Positions 29,224 to 40,565 of a stretch of 64,000 bases of DNA are shown piece by piece. The DNA comes from Prevotella sp. Its GTDB lineage: Bacteria > Bacteroidota > Bacteroidia > Bacteroidales > Dysgonomonadaceae. The stretch is from NCBI GenBank assembly GCA_031285625.1, contig JAITVV010000029.1:1-64000 (forward strand), in the 5' to 3' direction. Position 1 is the stretch's first letter; the number at the start of each line of letters is the position of its first letter. Position numbers and translations under genes: made by a program. The notes under the pieces were generated by a model. It worked only from the letters and a program-made list of their open reading frames with translations. It was not told the DNA's origin and searched no databases.

Positions 29224-32070
29224 TTATTTCAAATTATGTAAATATTCTGAGAGATTTACATCCCTGTCCAGGTTCATCTTTTTCCGCAGCCTGTATCTGT
29301 TTACTTCTACACCTCTTATCGATATATTGAGTAACGGTGCAATTTCTTTGGTTGACAGATTCATATTCAGATAGGCACATAATATTTTATCATTCCTGCT
29401 CAAGTCTGGAAATCTCTCGTCCAATAGTTTAAAGAAATCCTGATGTACAAGGTCGAAGTTAGATTGAAATATTTGAAAATCAGCGTCATGATCAATATTG
29501 CTGTCGATCTGGCTAATTAAGCGCATCACTTTTTGTTTAACGGTACCTAGCTGTTTCTCTTCATCAATGGCCCTGGAGATACTTAAGGCGTTCTTCTTAA
29601 CATCCTCAAGCATTTCATTCTTTCGTATTACATTCAGCATATATCCGTTAAGCTCCTGGGTCTTATATTTCAGTTCATTTTTCAGGTTCTCATTCTGCAA
29701 TTCATATATTTCCTGATCCTTTAGTTTTGTTTCTTCTTCATGCCGCTTTGTTTGTGCAATCAGCTCCTCACCTTTCTGGTAGATAATTTTTTTCTGTTTA
29801 CTTATTGTCTTTTTATATAGGATCAGAATAAGAATAGAGATTACCAAAAAATAGAGCAGATAGGCCAGAATAGACCTGTACCATGGAGGCGATACGGTAA
29901 ATATCAATGTTGTAATGTTTGAAGAATCGGGCTCTCCATCAATAAATGCTCTTACCTCAAATGTGTATTTCCCTTCACTAAGGTTTGTGTATTCTTTTGA
30001 TGTGCTAACAGATGGAATACTCCATTCTTCGTCCATACCTTTGAGCCTGTATGTATACAATACGTCAGATGGTTGAGCGTAATTTGTAGCCGCAAAGTAT
30101 ATTCGTATAGAATTTGTAGAATAAGGCAGTATAATAGGTTTACTAGTATTTCCATAGCTTATAATGCTGTCATTCTTACTATTCGATAGCTTCCTTATAT
30201 AAGTATTTATAGAGTGGTTATTATGACTCTTCCGGGATAAGTCAATTTTCTGAAAAGCATTATCAACAGAAACAATTGCTGAAGCAGAATCCGGTAAGAA
30301 AATATTTTCGTAGCTGTTTATCAGCTCATCCGATAGTCCCCAGTTGTATGTATTTCCTTTATATCTTCCTTCATTATAAGGCAGGTATTTAAGTTTTTTA
30401 TCAGACACAAACCAGATGTTTTTGAATCTGTCAACCGAAAGATGTTCATAATACTGAGGCCCCTCAAGCATACTTTCCAATTGAGTATAATGATCAAAAC
30501 TATCGGTTATCCGGCTATATTGGTATATTCCGTCGGTTGCGCATACAACCAGATTATTATCGATCCTTCTGAAAAAAATATTTGCATCAAAGGTTGAGCC
30601 TTTTAATGAGTATGTTTTCCGATCTGTAATATTTTTCAGTTGAGGGTCCAGAGTTATTTTTTGTATCAGACTGTTTGTGTTTACAAACCAAAAATTATAA
30701 TCTTCTTCATCTTCTATAAAGCCCCTGTTTGAATCGAATAGACCGGGAATCTTATGCGAAAACTCCCATCGCCCGTTTGCTCTATGTAAAATACTGAACC
30801 CGGCGTATGTCCCGGTTATTAGTTTATCTTTATCGGCAGACACAGGATGCGTTTCCCATGCTCCCGAAACATTTATTTTATATATCTCGGAAGGGGATAT
30901 AACTGTAATGCCATTATCTCCCGAGCAGAATAAAGTATTATCAATAATATTCATCGACCATATTTGTCCTTCAGTTCCTTTTATAAGTTGATAAGATCCG
31001 TCTTTGTTTAGTTTATAAAGTGCCTGATTTGTACCCAGGTAAAACTCATTATTATATATTGTTGAGCAATAACCTGTGCCTATAGGTGATACAGTCGCAA
31101 AAAGGGGACGAATTGGGGAGTTTAGATTGATATAACTTAATCCTTTATCAAGGCCAAGCCATAGATTTTCATCTTTGTCAAAGAAACAACTCAATACAGT
31201 GTTGTTTTTTAGCCCGTTGTTGAGATTAAACTCTTCCTTATAATTAATATCTTTCAGGTCAAATATAAATACTCCGTTTTGCACAGATCCCAAAGCTACT
31301 CTTGATCCGGAAATAGCTGTGCTAAATAATTGATTATCAGATGTGAATTTATCAGCGGCAGACTGTATTTTTTCAATATTATCATTATCAATAATGTACA
31401 AACCATACCTTGCAGTTGTAACCAGGATTTTTCCTTCATATGGTACCAAGCTCACCAGTTTTTTATCTTTTAATGTCTCAGAAGAACGTAAAGGGTTGAC
31501 AACATTGTTTTTATCTAAATAAAATATTCCATTCCACGTACCTATGTATAGAGTTTTTTTGTGTAGAATAGAACAATCTATTTTTTCATTTACATCCATT
31601 GTTATTACACCTCTGCTTCTTTTATTATATATGTGTATATGCCTCTCACTCAAAAAATAGATATCTTCATCATTATCTATTATATTCCACACTTCTCCTC
31701 CCCAGTTCTTCGTTCTCTCAGAAATGGAATGATATACTAAGAAGCCAATTTCATTATGTTCAAAATAACCAAACTCGGTGCTTCCTCCTATATATATTTT
31801 ATTATCAATTACTTTTAGTGATCTCATCACATTGTTTCTTATCGGGTACGATGTCCAGTTGACCCCATCATATTCGAGCAGCCCGTTTGAGTTCGCACAA
31901 TATATCCATCCTTTATTATCCTGGGCTATCATCCAGTTTTGAAAACCGGCTTTATATTGAGCCCTTTCATAATTAATAACTTTTCGTTGCCAGATAGGTG
32001 ATGCCGAAAATCCGAATATAGAAAAAGTTAACGTGAAGAGGAGAAATATGGTATTTTTCAGTTTTAGCAT
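29224..32070 (-). CDS. Membrane-spanning one-component regulator: periplasmic beta-propeller, Y_Y_Y domain, TM helix, C-terminal LuxR-like HTH
   Basis: YTYRLKG...YTNLSEGKYTFEV, PPWY plus TM, NLSTKEIAPLLNISIRGVEVNRYRLRKK; divergent from the PUL susC. Confidence 0.88.
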   Translation of the reverse strand: MLKLKNTIFLLFTLTFSIFGFSASPIWQRKVINYERAQYKAGFQNWMIAQDNKGWIYCANSNGLLEYDGVNWTSYPIRNNVMRSLKVIDNKIYIGGSTEFGYFEHNEIGFLVYHSISERTKNWGGEVWNIIDNDEDIYFLSERHIHIYNKRSRGVITMDVNEKIDCSILHKKTLYIGTWNGIFYLDKNNVVNPLRSSETLKDKKLVSLVPYEGKILVTTARYGLYIIDNDNIEKIQSAADKFTSDNQLFSTAISGSRVALGSVQNGVFIFDLKDINYKEEFNLNNGLKNNTVLSCFFDKDENLWLGLDKGLSYINLNSPIRPLFATVSPIGTGYCSTIYNNEFYLGTNQALYKLNKDGSYQLIKGTEGQIWSMNIIDNTLFCSGDNGITVISPSEIYKINVSGAWETHPVSADKDKLITGTYAGFSILHRANGRWEFSHKIPGLFDSNRGFIEDEEDYNFWFVNTNSLIQKITLDPQLKNITDRKTYSLKGSTFDANIFFRRIDNNLVVCATDGIYQYSRITDSFDHYTQLESMLEGPQYYEHLSVDRFKNIWFVSDKKLKYLPYNEGRYKGNTYNWGLSDELINSYENIFLPDSASAIVSVDNAFQKIDLSRKSHNNHSINTYIRKLSNSKNDSIISYGNTSKPIILPYSTNSIRIYFAATNYAQPSDVLYTYRLKGMDEEWSIPSVSTSKEYTNLSEGKYTFEVRAFIDGEPDSSNITTLIFTVSPPWYRSILAYLLYFLVISILILILYKKTISKQKKIIYQKGEELIAQTKRHEEETKLKDQEIYELQNENLKNELKYKTQELNGYMLNVIRKNEMLEDVKKNALSISRAIDEEKQLGTVKQKVMRLISQIDSNIDHDADFQIFQSNFDLVHQDFFKLLDERFPDLSRNDKILCAYLNMNLSTKEIAPLLNISIRGVEVNRYRLRKKMNLDRDVNLSEYLHNLK

Positions 32071-32262
32071 ATTTTATATTATCATGTATTATTCAAATAT
32101 AGTGTTTTCATTTATAAAAATGCAATATGAAATTATTTAAATTGTTAAATCCCTTATAATAAGATATAAACAATAATCGTGTAGTAGTGTTGTAGTAATT
32201 GAAAATTATTGTTTTTGAGTTTTTGATGTATTAAAAAATTATAAAAGACAAATCTATAAAAG

Positions 32263-32270
32263 TATGTTTG
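32263..32270 (+). promoter_or_regulatory. Putative -7 promoter element of the PUL
   Basis: TATGTTTG(CA). Confidence 0.55.
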
Positions 32271-32332
32271 CATCAGAATCTCAACCAATAGATCTAAAAA
32301 ACTATTAATTAACCAACCTTAAATTAACAATC

Positions 32333-35300
32333 ATGAAGAGAAAATCCTTCTTTTGGAAGTTATTTATTATCCTTCCGTTTTTTCTTTTTTCTTCTTTAAC
32401 TGTTTTTGGACAGACTTCTGAGGTAAAAGGAGTTGTGACAGATGCAGACACAGGAGAGACTTTAATTGGTGTATCAGTAGCCCAAAAGGGAACCACTAAT
32501 GGAACAATGACTGACTTAGATGGTCAATATTCTATTAATGTACCTACTGGTGCAACACTGGTATTTACCTATGTGGGATATGATGCACAAGAACATTCAG
32601 CAAGTGGTAGTGCATTAGACGTAAAATTAAAATCATCTCAACAAATGTTAGATGAGATTATCGTTGTCGGTTATGGTGTGCAGAAAAAGAGTGTGGTTAC
32701 TGCTGCTATATCACAGGTTACTGCCGCCGATCTGAAAAATGCGTCTCCTGTACGTGTTGACAATGCATTGCAAGGTCTGGTTTCGGGAGTACAGGTAACG
32801 ACTTCTTCGGGTCAGCCGGGAGCTGCTTCTAAAATTCGCGTTCGTGGTACAGGTACAATTAATAATTCAGATCCGCTTTATATTATCGATGGTATGCCTG
32901 TCGATGGCGGTATTGATTACCTGAATCCTAGTGATATTGCATCTATCGAAATATTGAAAGATGCAGCATCAGGTGCTGTTTATGGTGCCCGTGCAGCTAA
33001 TGGGGTTGTATTGGTAACAACCAAGAGTGGTAAAATAGGTAAAACAAAAGTTTCTTATGATTTTTCTTATGGATGGCAACGCCCATGGAAAGAACGTAAA
33101 ATGCTGGATGGTACCCAATATGCTACTTTAATGAACGAAGCCAGCAACTATGCAGGCAAGGGAAATATGTATGACGATATAGCTAAACTGGGAAAAGGTA
33201 CCAATTGGCAGAAAGAGACTTTCAATTATGATGCACCTGTGGAAAATCATCAGATAAGTGTAAGTGGAGCTACAGAAAAAGTAAACTACTTTTTGTCATT
33301 GGGATATTACAATCAAGAGGGTATTGTCGGTGGTGATTACGGACGCTCTAACTATAAACGTATGTCGATCCGCTCTAATACTAATTATACCTTGTTTGAT
33401 GAAAGTAATGAACGCAACTGGTTAAAAAAGATGGTAATTGGTGTAAATGCTGGTTATTCACGCATCAAAAACACATCTATAGAAACGAACAGTTTGACAG
33501 GCTCAGCATTAGGTAATGCTATTTTCCTTTCCCCATTGATGAAAGTATATGCAAATAGTGAAGAAGATGCAATAAAAGAGCATGGAAATGCTATAGATAA
33601 AAATACCTATGGTGAATTGATAAGAGATGCTAAGACAGGCCAGTTATTAAATATTCCAAGTAAAGACTTTAACGAGATCTCAAATCCGCTTGCTTACTTG
33701 TCTTTACCGGGGGAGAAATACAATTCGGATAAATTTGTTGCCAGTTTTTTCGCTGAATTATCTGTTTGGGATAACCTGAAGTTCAAAACATCTTACGGTA
33801 CCGACCTTGCTTTCTGGGGCACTGACGGATGGAGCAAACCTTACTACATAAATGTGAATGCTCACAATGATAAATCGAATGTATGGTCAGAAATGAATCG
33901 TGGTTGTACATGGCAGATAGAAAATGTATTGACTTATGATAAGACCTTCAATTCACATTCATTTGCTGTTGTCTTGGGACAGTCGGCGAAGAAATATACA
34001 GGTCGTCGCCTGAAAGGTGAAGGAACCGATATGATAGATTATATGGGTGATAAAGCAAATATTGATTTTACTTCAGGATTACCTTCGGATGGAAAACAAA
34101 TGGCATGGGGAGGCTTGTTTGATCCTGCTACATTAGCTTCATATTTCGGACGTTTAAGCTACAACTATGACGAGCGTTATATGTTGCAGTTTACAATGCG
34201 TCGTGATGGCTCTTCCAACTTCGGACCAAATAATAAATGGGCTACATTCCCTTCTGTTTCCTTGGGATGGAATATCACCAATGAAAAGTTCATGGAGAAT
34301 CGTCCGGCTTGGTTAACAAGTACAAAGCTTCGTCTATCGTGGGGTAAAAACGGTAATGAAAATATAGGGGCTTTCAGATATATGGCTAATGTGCAGATGA
34401 ATGCCAACTATGTATTTGGAGGAGGTTCCAACCAAACAATAATTGGAGGTAGCAGACCTACAGGTACTCCGAATCCGGATCTAAAATGGGAGGAATCTGA
34501 ACAGTATGATGCCGGACTAGACTTCGCTTTCTTAAGAAATTCTTTAACATTTACTGTTGACTATTACAAAAAGAAAACAAATGGAATGTTGAAAGAAATG
34601 AGTATTCCTTCTTATTTAGGTGCTCCACTACCATGGGGTAATGTTGGAGATATGGAGAACTCGGGTGTTGAATTTGACCTGGGCTATAAATTTGAAGCAG
34701 GTGACTGGAGTTTCAGAGCTGGGGCAAATGTAAGTTACCTAAAGAACAAATTGATTAATTTGGGTAATGCAGATGGTTTCGAAATGTCTGACCATGTACA
34801 CATCATTGGAAATGTAAGCCGTGCAGAAAACGGACAGCCATACCCGTACTTCTATGGATATAAAACAGGTGGTATTTTCCAAAATCAGGCTCAGATCGAT
34901 GCTTATGTAAATGATAAAGGTGAAAAACTACAGCCGGGCGCACAACCGGGAGATGTAATCTTTGTCGATCGTGACAATAGCGGAGCAATTGATGAGCAGG
35001 ACAAAACTAAGATAGGAAAAGGAACTCCTGACTGGACATATGGACTTAACTTCCAGGCCGCATGGAAAGATATTGATTTCAGTATGCTGATTGCAGGAAC
35101 TATCGGGAATGATATCTTTGATGCAACACGTCGTGTGGACTTATATTATGTAAATCTTTCTGAAGAGATGATGGGACGCTGGCACGGAGAAGGTACTTCA
35201 AACTCGATACCTCGTTTCTCATGGACAAATACAAATGACAATAATCGCGTATCGGATCTTTATATCAAAGATGGTTCTTACATGCGCTTAAAGAATATTC

Positions 35301-35506
35301 AATTAGGTTATACATTACCAAGATCATTAACCAGCAAAGCGTTTATTTCCAGCCTGAGAGTATATGTGGCAGCCGAAAATTTATTGACACTTACCGGCTA
35401 TAAAGGCTTTGATCCGGAAATATCTTATGGTAACTCAAGTGGTATCGACAGAGGTATTTATCCACAGGCTCGTACATTTACTGTCGGTTTTAACCTTAAT
35501 TTTTAA
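32333..35506 (+). CDS. SusC/RagA TonB-dependent transporter
   Basis: LDEIIVVGYG, ILKDAASGAVYGARAANGVVLVTTK, NPDLKWEE, YPQARTF, C-terminal F. Confidence 0.95.
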   Translation: MKRKSFFWKLFIILPFFLFSSLTVFGQTSEVKGVVTDADTGETLIGVSVAQKGTTNGTMTDLDGQYSINVPTGATLVFTYVGYDAQEHSASGSALDVKLKSSQQMLDEIIVVGYGVQKKSVVTAAISQVTAADLKNASPVRVDNALQGLVSGVQVTTSSGQPGAASKIRVRGTGTINNSDPLYIIDGMPVDGGIDYLNPSDIASIEILKDAASGAVYGARAANGVVLVTTKSGKIGKTKVSYDFSYGWQRPWKERKMLDGTQYATLMNEASNYAGKGNMYDDIAKLGKGTNWQKETFNYDAPVENHQISVSGATEKVNYFLSLGYYNQEGIVGGDYGRSNYKRMSIRSNTNYTLFDESNERNWLKKMVIGVNAGYSRIKNTSIETNSLTGSALGNAIFLSPLMKVYANSEEDAIKEHGNAIDKNTYGELIRDAKTGQLLNIPSKDFNEISNPLAYLSLPGEKYNSDKFVASFFAELSVWDNLKFKTSYGTDLAFWGTDGWSKPYYINVNAHNDKSNVWSEMNRGCTWQIENVLTYDKTFNSHSFAVVLGQSAKKYTGRRLKGEGTDMIDYMGDKANIDFTSGLPSDGKQMAWGGLFDPATLASYFGRLSYNYDERYMLQFTMRRDGSSNFGPNNKWATFPSVSLGWNITNEKFMENRPAWLTSTKLRLSWGKNGNENIGAFRYMANVQMNANYVFGGGSNQTIIGGSRPTGTPNPDLKWEESEQYDAGLDFAFLRNSLTFTVDYYKKKTNGMLKEMSIPSYLGAPLPWGNVGDMENSGVEFDLGYKFEAGDWSFRAGANVSYLKNKLINLGNADGFEMSDHVHIIGNVSRAENGQPYPYFYGYKTGGIFQNQAQIDAYVNDKGEKLQPGAQPGDVIFVDRDNSGAIDEQDKTKIGKGTPDWTYGLNFQAAWKDIDFSMLIAGTIGNDIFDATRRVDLYYVNLSEEMMGRWHGEGTSNSIPRFSWTNTNDNNRVSDLYIKDGSYMRLKNIQLGYTLPRSLTSKAFISSLRVYVAAENLLTLTGYKGFDPEISYGNSSGIDRGIYPQARTFTVGFNLNF

Positions 35507-35516
35507 TACATAGAAA

Positions 35517-37112
35517 ATGAAAAACGATATGAAAAAAATAATAATAACTTGTAGTGTTGCTCTGACTATGTTTGGAGCCACTTCATGCGGGGATGATTTC
35601 TTATCTGTCGAACCGTCCAGTAAGCTGCCTGTAGACGGATACTATAATTCGGAAAGCCGTATTATGCAATCGGTAACTGCAGCATATCAGCCTTTACAGT
35701 GGTATGATTATTACCGCGGATGGGCGCCATTATCTTTTGTATATGACTCTATGGGTGATGATGTATATGTAGGAGGTGGAAATACCAGTGACCAAAGCCA
35801 GATTCACCTGATTTCACAATATCTGTCCGATCCTATCAATTCTATCGGGGGTGCATGGAGTGCCAGCTATACAGGTATTAACCGGTCTAATCTTGTAATA
35901 GATTATGTGGAAAAGATGGAAATGCCTGAAGCTGATAAGAAAAAGTTTATAGCGGAAGCCCGTGTATTACGTGCATGGTATTATTCTGTATTGTGGAAAC
36001 TATGGGGAAATGTACCATACTATGATGTGAACCTTACTTTTCCTTATATAGCAGAACAAAAGACTGTTAAAGAAATCTATGACTTAATGGAAGCCGACTT
36101 GGCAGATGTGCTCGACAGCAATGTATTACCTATGAAAGAGACTGCCGCATGGACTGGACGTGCTACACAAGCAATGGGCGCCATGTTGTATGCAGAATAT
36201 GTAATGTATCAGCAAGACGAAACCAAATATGCCAAGGCTTTAGGATATATGAAGAGCATTATTTCATCAGGTCAATATTCTTTACAACCATACGAAAATC
36301 TTTGGGAAACAGAACATGAATGGAATAATGAAACAATCTTTGATATCAATTATATAGCTAAAGGTGGTAAAAGAAACTGGGGCACCGATTCTGCAGGAAA
36401 CGATGAGGCAACCTTTACAGGGGGTACGGTTGTTCCTGCTATGATTGGAATTGATGGCCTGGGTGGTAGCCCTGATTATGTAGGAGGTTGGGGATTTGAA
36501 CCTGTTGCTAAAGAAGCTTATGATGCTTTTGAAAGTACCGATAAACGCCGTGATATCAGTATTCTTAATATAGAGAAATACATATCAGACAATGCAGCAA
36601 AAGGTGTTACTGTTACTTATGGAGGACGTTACCAGAATACAGGTTTCTTCCTGAGAAAATATTTGGGACGTATAGGAGGAAATGCAGGCAGTGTAGGAAG
36701 TTCAGACCTTAATTGGGATAATAATCTACGTATTTACCGTTATGCTGAAACATTGCTAAATGCAGCAGAATTGGCTTTACGTACCGGAGACGGATCGGCA
36801 CAAGGTTATTTAGATCAGATCCGCAGTCGTGCGGGAGTGTCGTCTATTCCTGCAAATCTTGATAATATCTTGTTAGAACGTCGCCGTGAGTTTATTGGTG
36901 AAGGTAAGCGCTATTTTGATTTAGTTCGTTTTGGTAAAGCTTCAGAAGTGCTGAAACCAAAAGGTGGTAAAGTGCTGAATAAAGATACCGGAAAGTATGA
37001 TATAGATGCTATACCGGAACGTATCCAATGGACTGAAAGCAAGAAATATCTGCCTATTCCTCAGTCTGAAATCGAGGCTTCGAAAGGTACTTTGACTCAG
37101 AATCCGTATTAA
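35517..37112 (+). CDS. RagB/SusD family lipoprotein
   Basis: Lipobox ATSC, YRYAETLLNAAE, ERRREFIGEGKRYFDLVR, QNPY. Confidence 0.93.
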   Translation: MKNDMKKIIITCSVALTMFGATSCGDDFLSVEPSSKLPVDGYYNSESRIMQSVTAAYQPLQWYDYYRGWAPLSFVYDSMGDDVYVGGGNTSDQSQIHLISQYLSDPINSIGGAWSASYTGINRSNLVIDYVEKMEMPEADKKKFIAEARVLRAWYYSVLWKLWGNVPYYDVNLTFPYIAEQKTVKEIYDLMEADLADVLDSNVLPMKETAAWTGRATQAMGAMLYAEYVMYQQDETKYAKALGYMKSIISSGQYSLQPYENLWETEHEWNNETIFDINYIAKGGKRNWGTDSAGNDEATFTGGTVVPAMIGIDGLGGSPDYVGGWGFEPVAKEAYDAFESTDKRRDISILNIEKYISDNAAKGVTVTYGGRYQNTGFFLRKYLGRIGGNAGSVGSSDLNWDNNLRIYRYAETLLNAAELALRTGDGSAQGYLDQIRSRAGVSSIPANLDNILLERRREFIGEGKRYFDLVRFGKASEVLKPKGGKVLNKDTGKYDIDAIPERIQWTESKKYLPIPQSEIEASKGTLTQNPY

Positions 37113-37150
37113 GCGGTTGTAAAGGTTCTATATTTCACTAAACTATATTT

Positions 37151-37190
37151 AGGCTGCCTGAATGAAGGGCTTACCCGTCAGGCAGCCTTT
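37151..37190. terminator. Hairpin after susD (terminator or mRNA stabiliser)
   Basis: AGGCTGCCTGA ... TCAGGCAGCCT. Confidence 0.6.
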
Positions 37191-37209
37191 ATTATAACAA
37201 TTAGATTCC

Positions 37210-38067
37210 ATGAAAATAACACTGAATATTATATATAGTCTCCTTTGTATATGTATCACTGCTTATGGGCAGGATAATACTCAAAGGCCTGAAAAATTAG
37301 ATAGTGGTTTTGTACCTTCAGGTTATTTTCTTGTTTGGCATGACGAATTCAATGATTCGCCTAATCCGGATGGCTCTTTGCCTTTGCCCGGAAATGAGTG
37401 GTGGTTTGAAATCGGAAATCACGGATGGGGGAATAATGAACTTCAAAACTATGTAGATCGTGTGTCCGGAAGCGATACTGTATCTAAAATAAAGAATAAT
37501 TCACTTATTATAACAGCTCTCAAACTGGATGAGCCATACCAAGGGTCTGAAATAATTTCGGCCCGGATGAATACAACCAGATCATGGAAATACGGCTATT
37601 TTGAAATGCGGGCTAAGGTTCCCGGAGGAAAAGGTACATGGGCAGCCTTCTGGATGATGCCAAAAGATTTCCAACATTGGCCGCTAGACGGCGAAATAGA
37701 TATAATGGAGTATGTAGGCTATAAGCCAAACATTACTCATTCTACTGTACATACTGCCGATTATAATCATGTAATTAGTACAGAAAAAACAGCAACAAAA
37801 GAGATTTTAACAGCAGAAACCGAATTTCATATTTATGCTGTAGAATGGACTGAAGATGAAATCAAAGGATATGTTGACGGATCGGAATATTTTTCCTTCA
37901 AAAATGATAAAAAAGGAGATAAAAAGACATGGCCGTTCAATGTTCCTTTTTATCTGAAATTGAATCTCGCGATAGGAGGTGATTGGGGAGGCCTTGAAGG
38001 TGTTGATCCGGATATATTACCTGCTTGCTACGAGATTGATTACGTCAGAGTTTACCAAAAAGAATAA
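37210..38067 (+). CDS. Glycoside hydrolase family 16 (laminarinase/beta-1,3-glucanase type)
   Basis: WHDEF, GWGNNELQ, catalytic GEIDIME, FYLKLNLAIGG. Confidence 0.93.
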   Translation: MKITLNIIYSLLCICITAYGQDNTQRPEKLDSGFVPSGYFLVWHDEFNDSPNPDGSLPLPGNEWWFEIGNHGWGNNELQNYVDRVSGSDTVSKIKNNSLIITALKLDEPYQGSEIISARMNTTRSWKYGYFEMRAKVPGGKGTWAAFWMMPKDFQHWPLDGEIDIMEYVGYKPNITHSTVHTADYNHVISTEKTATKEILTAETEFHIYAVEWTEDEIKGYVDGSEYFSFKNDKKGDKKTWPFNVPFYLKLNLAIGGDWGGLEGVDPDILPACYEIDYVRVYQKE

Positions 38068-38089
38068 GAAGATATTCAACTATAAAAAT

Positions 38090-40477
38090 ATGAGAATTAG
38101 AAAACTGGGATTATTAGGTGCATTGGTTTTGTCTGGTTTGTTTACAACAGGCTACACACAGAACAATGTAGAAAAGAGAGTTGAGGATTTATTATCCAAA
38201 ATGACTCTGGAAGAGAAAATAGGGCAAATGAATCAGGTTAGTTTTTTTGCCGTAGATGATAAAGCCATTGCTCAATACAGCGATGATGATATGAATACCT
38301 TCCTGGTAAGGATGGGCGTTGCCGGAGGCCAGGGCCAGAAAAAACCATCAGAGATGACCAAGCAGGAAAAGATAGCACTGATAAAAGCAGAAGCTGAAAA
38401 AATGCTTGATAATAATATAACAAATCCTGTTAGGGATGGTAAGATAGGCTCCTTGCTGAATGTTACCGATCCTGAAATGGTGAATAAAATGCAAAAAGCA
38501 GCAATGGAAGAAAGCCGGCTGGGAATTCCATTGATTATAGGGCGCGATGTGATCCATGGATTCAAAACTATTTTCCCTATACCATTGGGACAGGCTGCAT
38601 CCTTCAGTCCGCAACTTGTAGAAGACGGAGCACGTATTGCCGCAGTTGAAGCACGTTCGACCGGTGTTACGTGGACGTTTGCCCCTATGCTCGATATTTC
38701 TCGTGATGCACGCTGGGGACGTATAGCCGAAAGCCTGGGTGAAGACCCTTATCTGGGAGGACAACTCGGAGCAGCTATGGTCAGAGGTTTTCAAGGAAAT
38801 GGGAATCTGGAAGATCCGAATTCTATAGCAGCATGTGTGAAGCACTTCATTGGTTACGGAGCAGCTGAAGGCGGACGTGACTATAACAGTACAAACATAC
38901 CTCCACTACTGATGCGTAACGTTTATCTGCCTCCGTTTCATGAAGCAATAAAGGCCGGAGCTGCCACACTTATGACATCTTTTAATGATAATGATGGGAT
39001 TCCTGCCTCAGGAAATGACTATATACTGAAAAATATCCTTCGTGATGAATGGAAATTCGATGGATTTGTTGTATCAGACTGGGCTTCGATGGGTGAAATG
39101 ATTCCTCATGGATTTGCCAAAGATGATAAACAAGTGGCTGAAATATCAGCAAATGCAGGCCTTGATATGGAAATGGTAAGTGGAGCATATATCAAATATT
39201 TGCCCGAACTGATAAAAGAGGGTAAAGTGTCGATGGAAACAGTAGATAATGCTGTTCGTAATATATTACGTGTAAAATTCAGAATGGGATTATTTGAAAA
39301 TCCATATGTGGATACAAAGAGATCATCTGTATTATATGCAGAAGATCATATGAAAGCAGCCAGACAGGCAGCCATCGAATCTGCTATATTACTGAAAAAT
39401 GATAATATTCTACCTCTGGCCGAAACCAAGAAAATAGCAATTATCGGGCCTATGGCAGATGCTCCACATGATCAGATGGGGACATGGGTTTTTGACGGAG
39501 ATAAGAAATATACAGTAACTCCGGTCGGAGCTCTTAAAGGTGAATATAAACATATCAATTATGTATATGAACCTGCTTTGGGATACTCCCGTGATAAGAG
39601 TACAGCTAATTTTGAAAAGGCGAAGCGAGCAGCTGAGTCTGCAGATGTAGCAGTAGTATTTTTAGGAGAAGAAGCTATACTTTCAGGTGAAGCTCATTCT
39701 TTATCCAATATAAATCTGATTGGAGTACAATCTGACCTGCTAAAAGCAGTAAAAAGCGTAGGTAAACCGGTAGTTCTGGTCATTATGGCAGGTCGCCCAT
39801 TGACTATCGAACGCGATCTTCCATATGCAGATGCTGTCTTGTTTAATTTCCATCCGGGAACAATGGGTGGTCCGGCTATTTTGGATTTATTATTCGGAAA
39901 AGCTAATCCTAGTGGAAAACTTCCTGCAACATTTGTACGCGAAGTAGGACAGATACCGATGTATTATAACCATAATTCTACCGGTCGTCCGGCACCTGAG
40001 AAAGTGATGACTCTTGACCAAATTGAGCTGGAAGCAGGACAAACTTCCCTTGGTAATACATCATTCTACCTGGATTCGGGGAAAGATCCGTTATTTCCAT
40101 TCGGATATGGATTGTCATATACCACATTCGAATATTCAAATATAACACTCTCATCTGCTTCTGTACCAATGAACGGTACATTGACTGTGAAGGCTACGCT
40201 TAAAAATACAGGCAATGTAGACGGTACAGAAGTTGCACAGCTATATGTACAAGATATTGTTGGTTCTGTTGTGCGCCCTGTAAAGGAGCTGAAAGGATTT
40301 CAACGAGTGGAACTTAAAGCTGGGGAAACGAAAACAATTGAATTTAAGTTAACGACAGGCAACCTGGCATTTTATGGTCGGGATTTGATTAAAAAGGCTG
40401 AAAAAGGTGATTTTAATGTTTGGGTTGGCGGTAATAGTAACGCCACCCTGAAGAGTACTTTCTCTGTGACAGAATAA
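38090..40477 (+). CDS. Glycoside hydrolase family 3 beta-glucosidase (BglX-like)
   Basis: DVIHG, WGRIAES, KHF, VVSDW nucleophile motif, FPFGYGLSYT; start moved to MRIRK. Confidence 0.94.
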   Translation: MRIRKLGLLGALVLSGLFTTGYTQNNVEKRVEDLLSKMTLEEKIGQMNQVSFFAVDDKAIAQYSDDDMNTFLVRMGVAGGQGQKKPSEMTKQEKIALIKAEAEKMLDNNITNPVRDGKIGSLLNVTDPEMVNKMQKAAMEESRLGIPLIIGRDVIHGFKTIFPIPLGQAASFSPQLVEDGARIAAVEARSTGVTWTFAPMLDISRDARWGRIAESLGEDPYLGGQLGAAMVRGFQGNGNLEDPNSIAACVKHFIGYGAAEGGRDYNSTNIPPLLMRNVYLPPFHEAIKAGAATLMTSFNDNDGIPASGNDYILKNILRDEWKFDGFVVSDWASMGEMIPHGFAKDDKQVAEISANAGLDMEMVSGAYIKYLPELIKEGKVSMETVDNAVRNILRVKFRMGLFENPYVDTKRSSVLYAEDHMKAARQAAIESAILLKNDNILPLAETKKIAIIGPMADAPHDQMGTWVFDGDKKYTVTPVGALKGEYKHINYVYEPALGYSRDKSTANFEKAKRAAESADVAVVFLGEEAILSGEAHSLSNINLIGVQSDLLKAVKSVGKPVVLVIMAGRPLTIERDLPYADAVLFNFHPGTMGGPAILDLLFGKANPSGKLPATFVREVGQIPMYYNHNSTGRPAPEKVMTLDQIELEAGQTSLGNTSFYLDSGKDPLFPFGYGLSYTTFEYSNITLSSASVPMNGTLTVKATLKNTGNVDGTEVAQLYVQDIVGSVVRPVKELKGFQRVELKAGETKTIEFKLTTGNLAFYGRDLIKKAEKGDFNVWVGGNSNATLKSTFSVTE

Positions 40478-40486
40478 AGTACTACA

Positions 40487-40530
40487 AAGGCATAAGAGTC
40501 ATGTAATCAATGGTTCTTATGCCTTCTTTT
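40487..40530 (+). terminator. Hairpin between GH3 and GH5
   Basis: AAGGCATAAGA/TCTTATGCCTT followed by Ts. Confidence 0.55.
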
Positions 40531-40565
40531 TATCAGATTAATATGCAACTATAATATACAATACC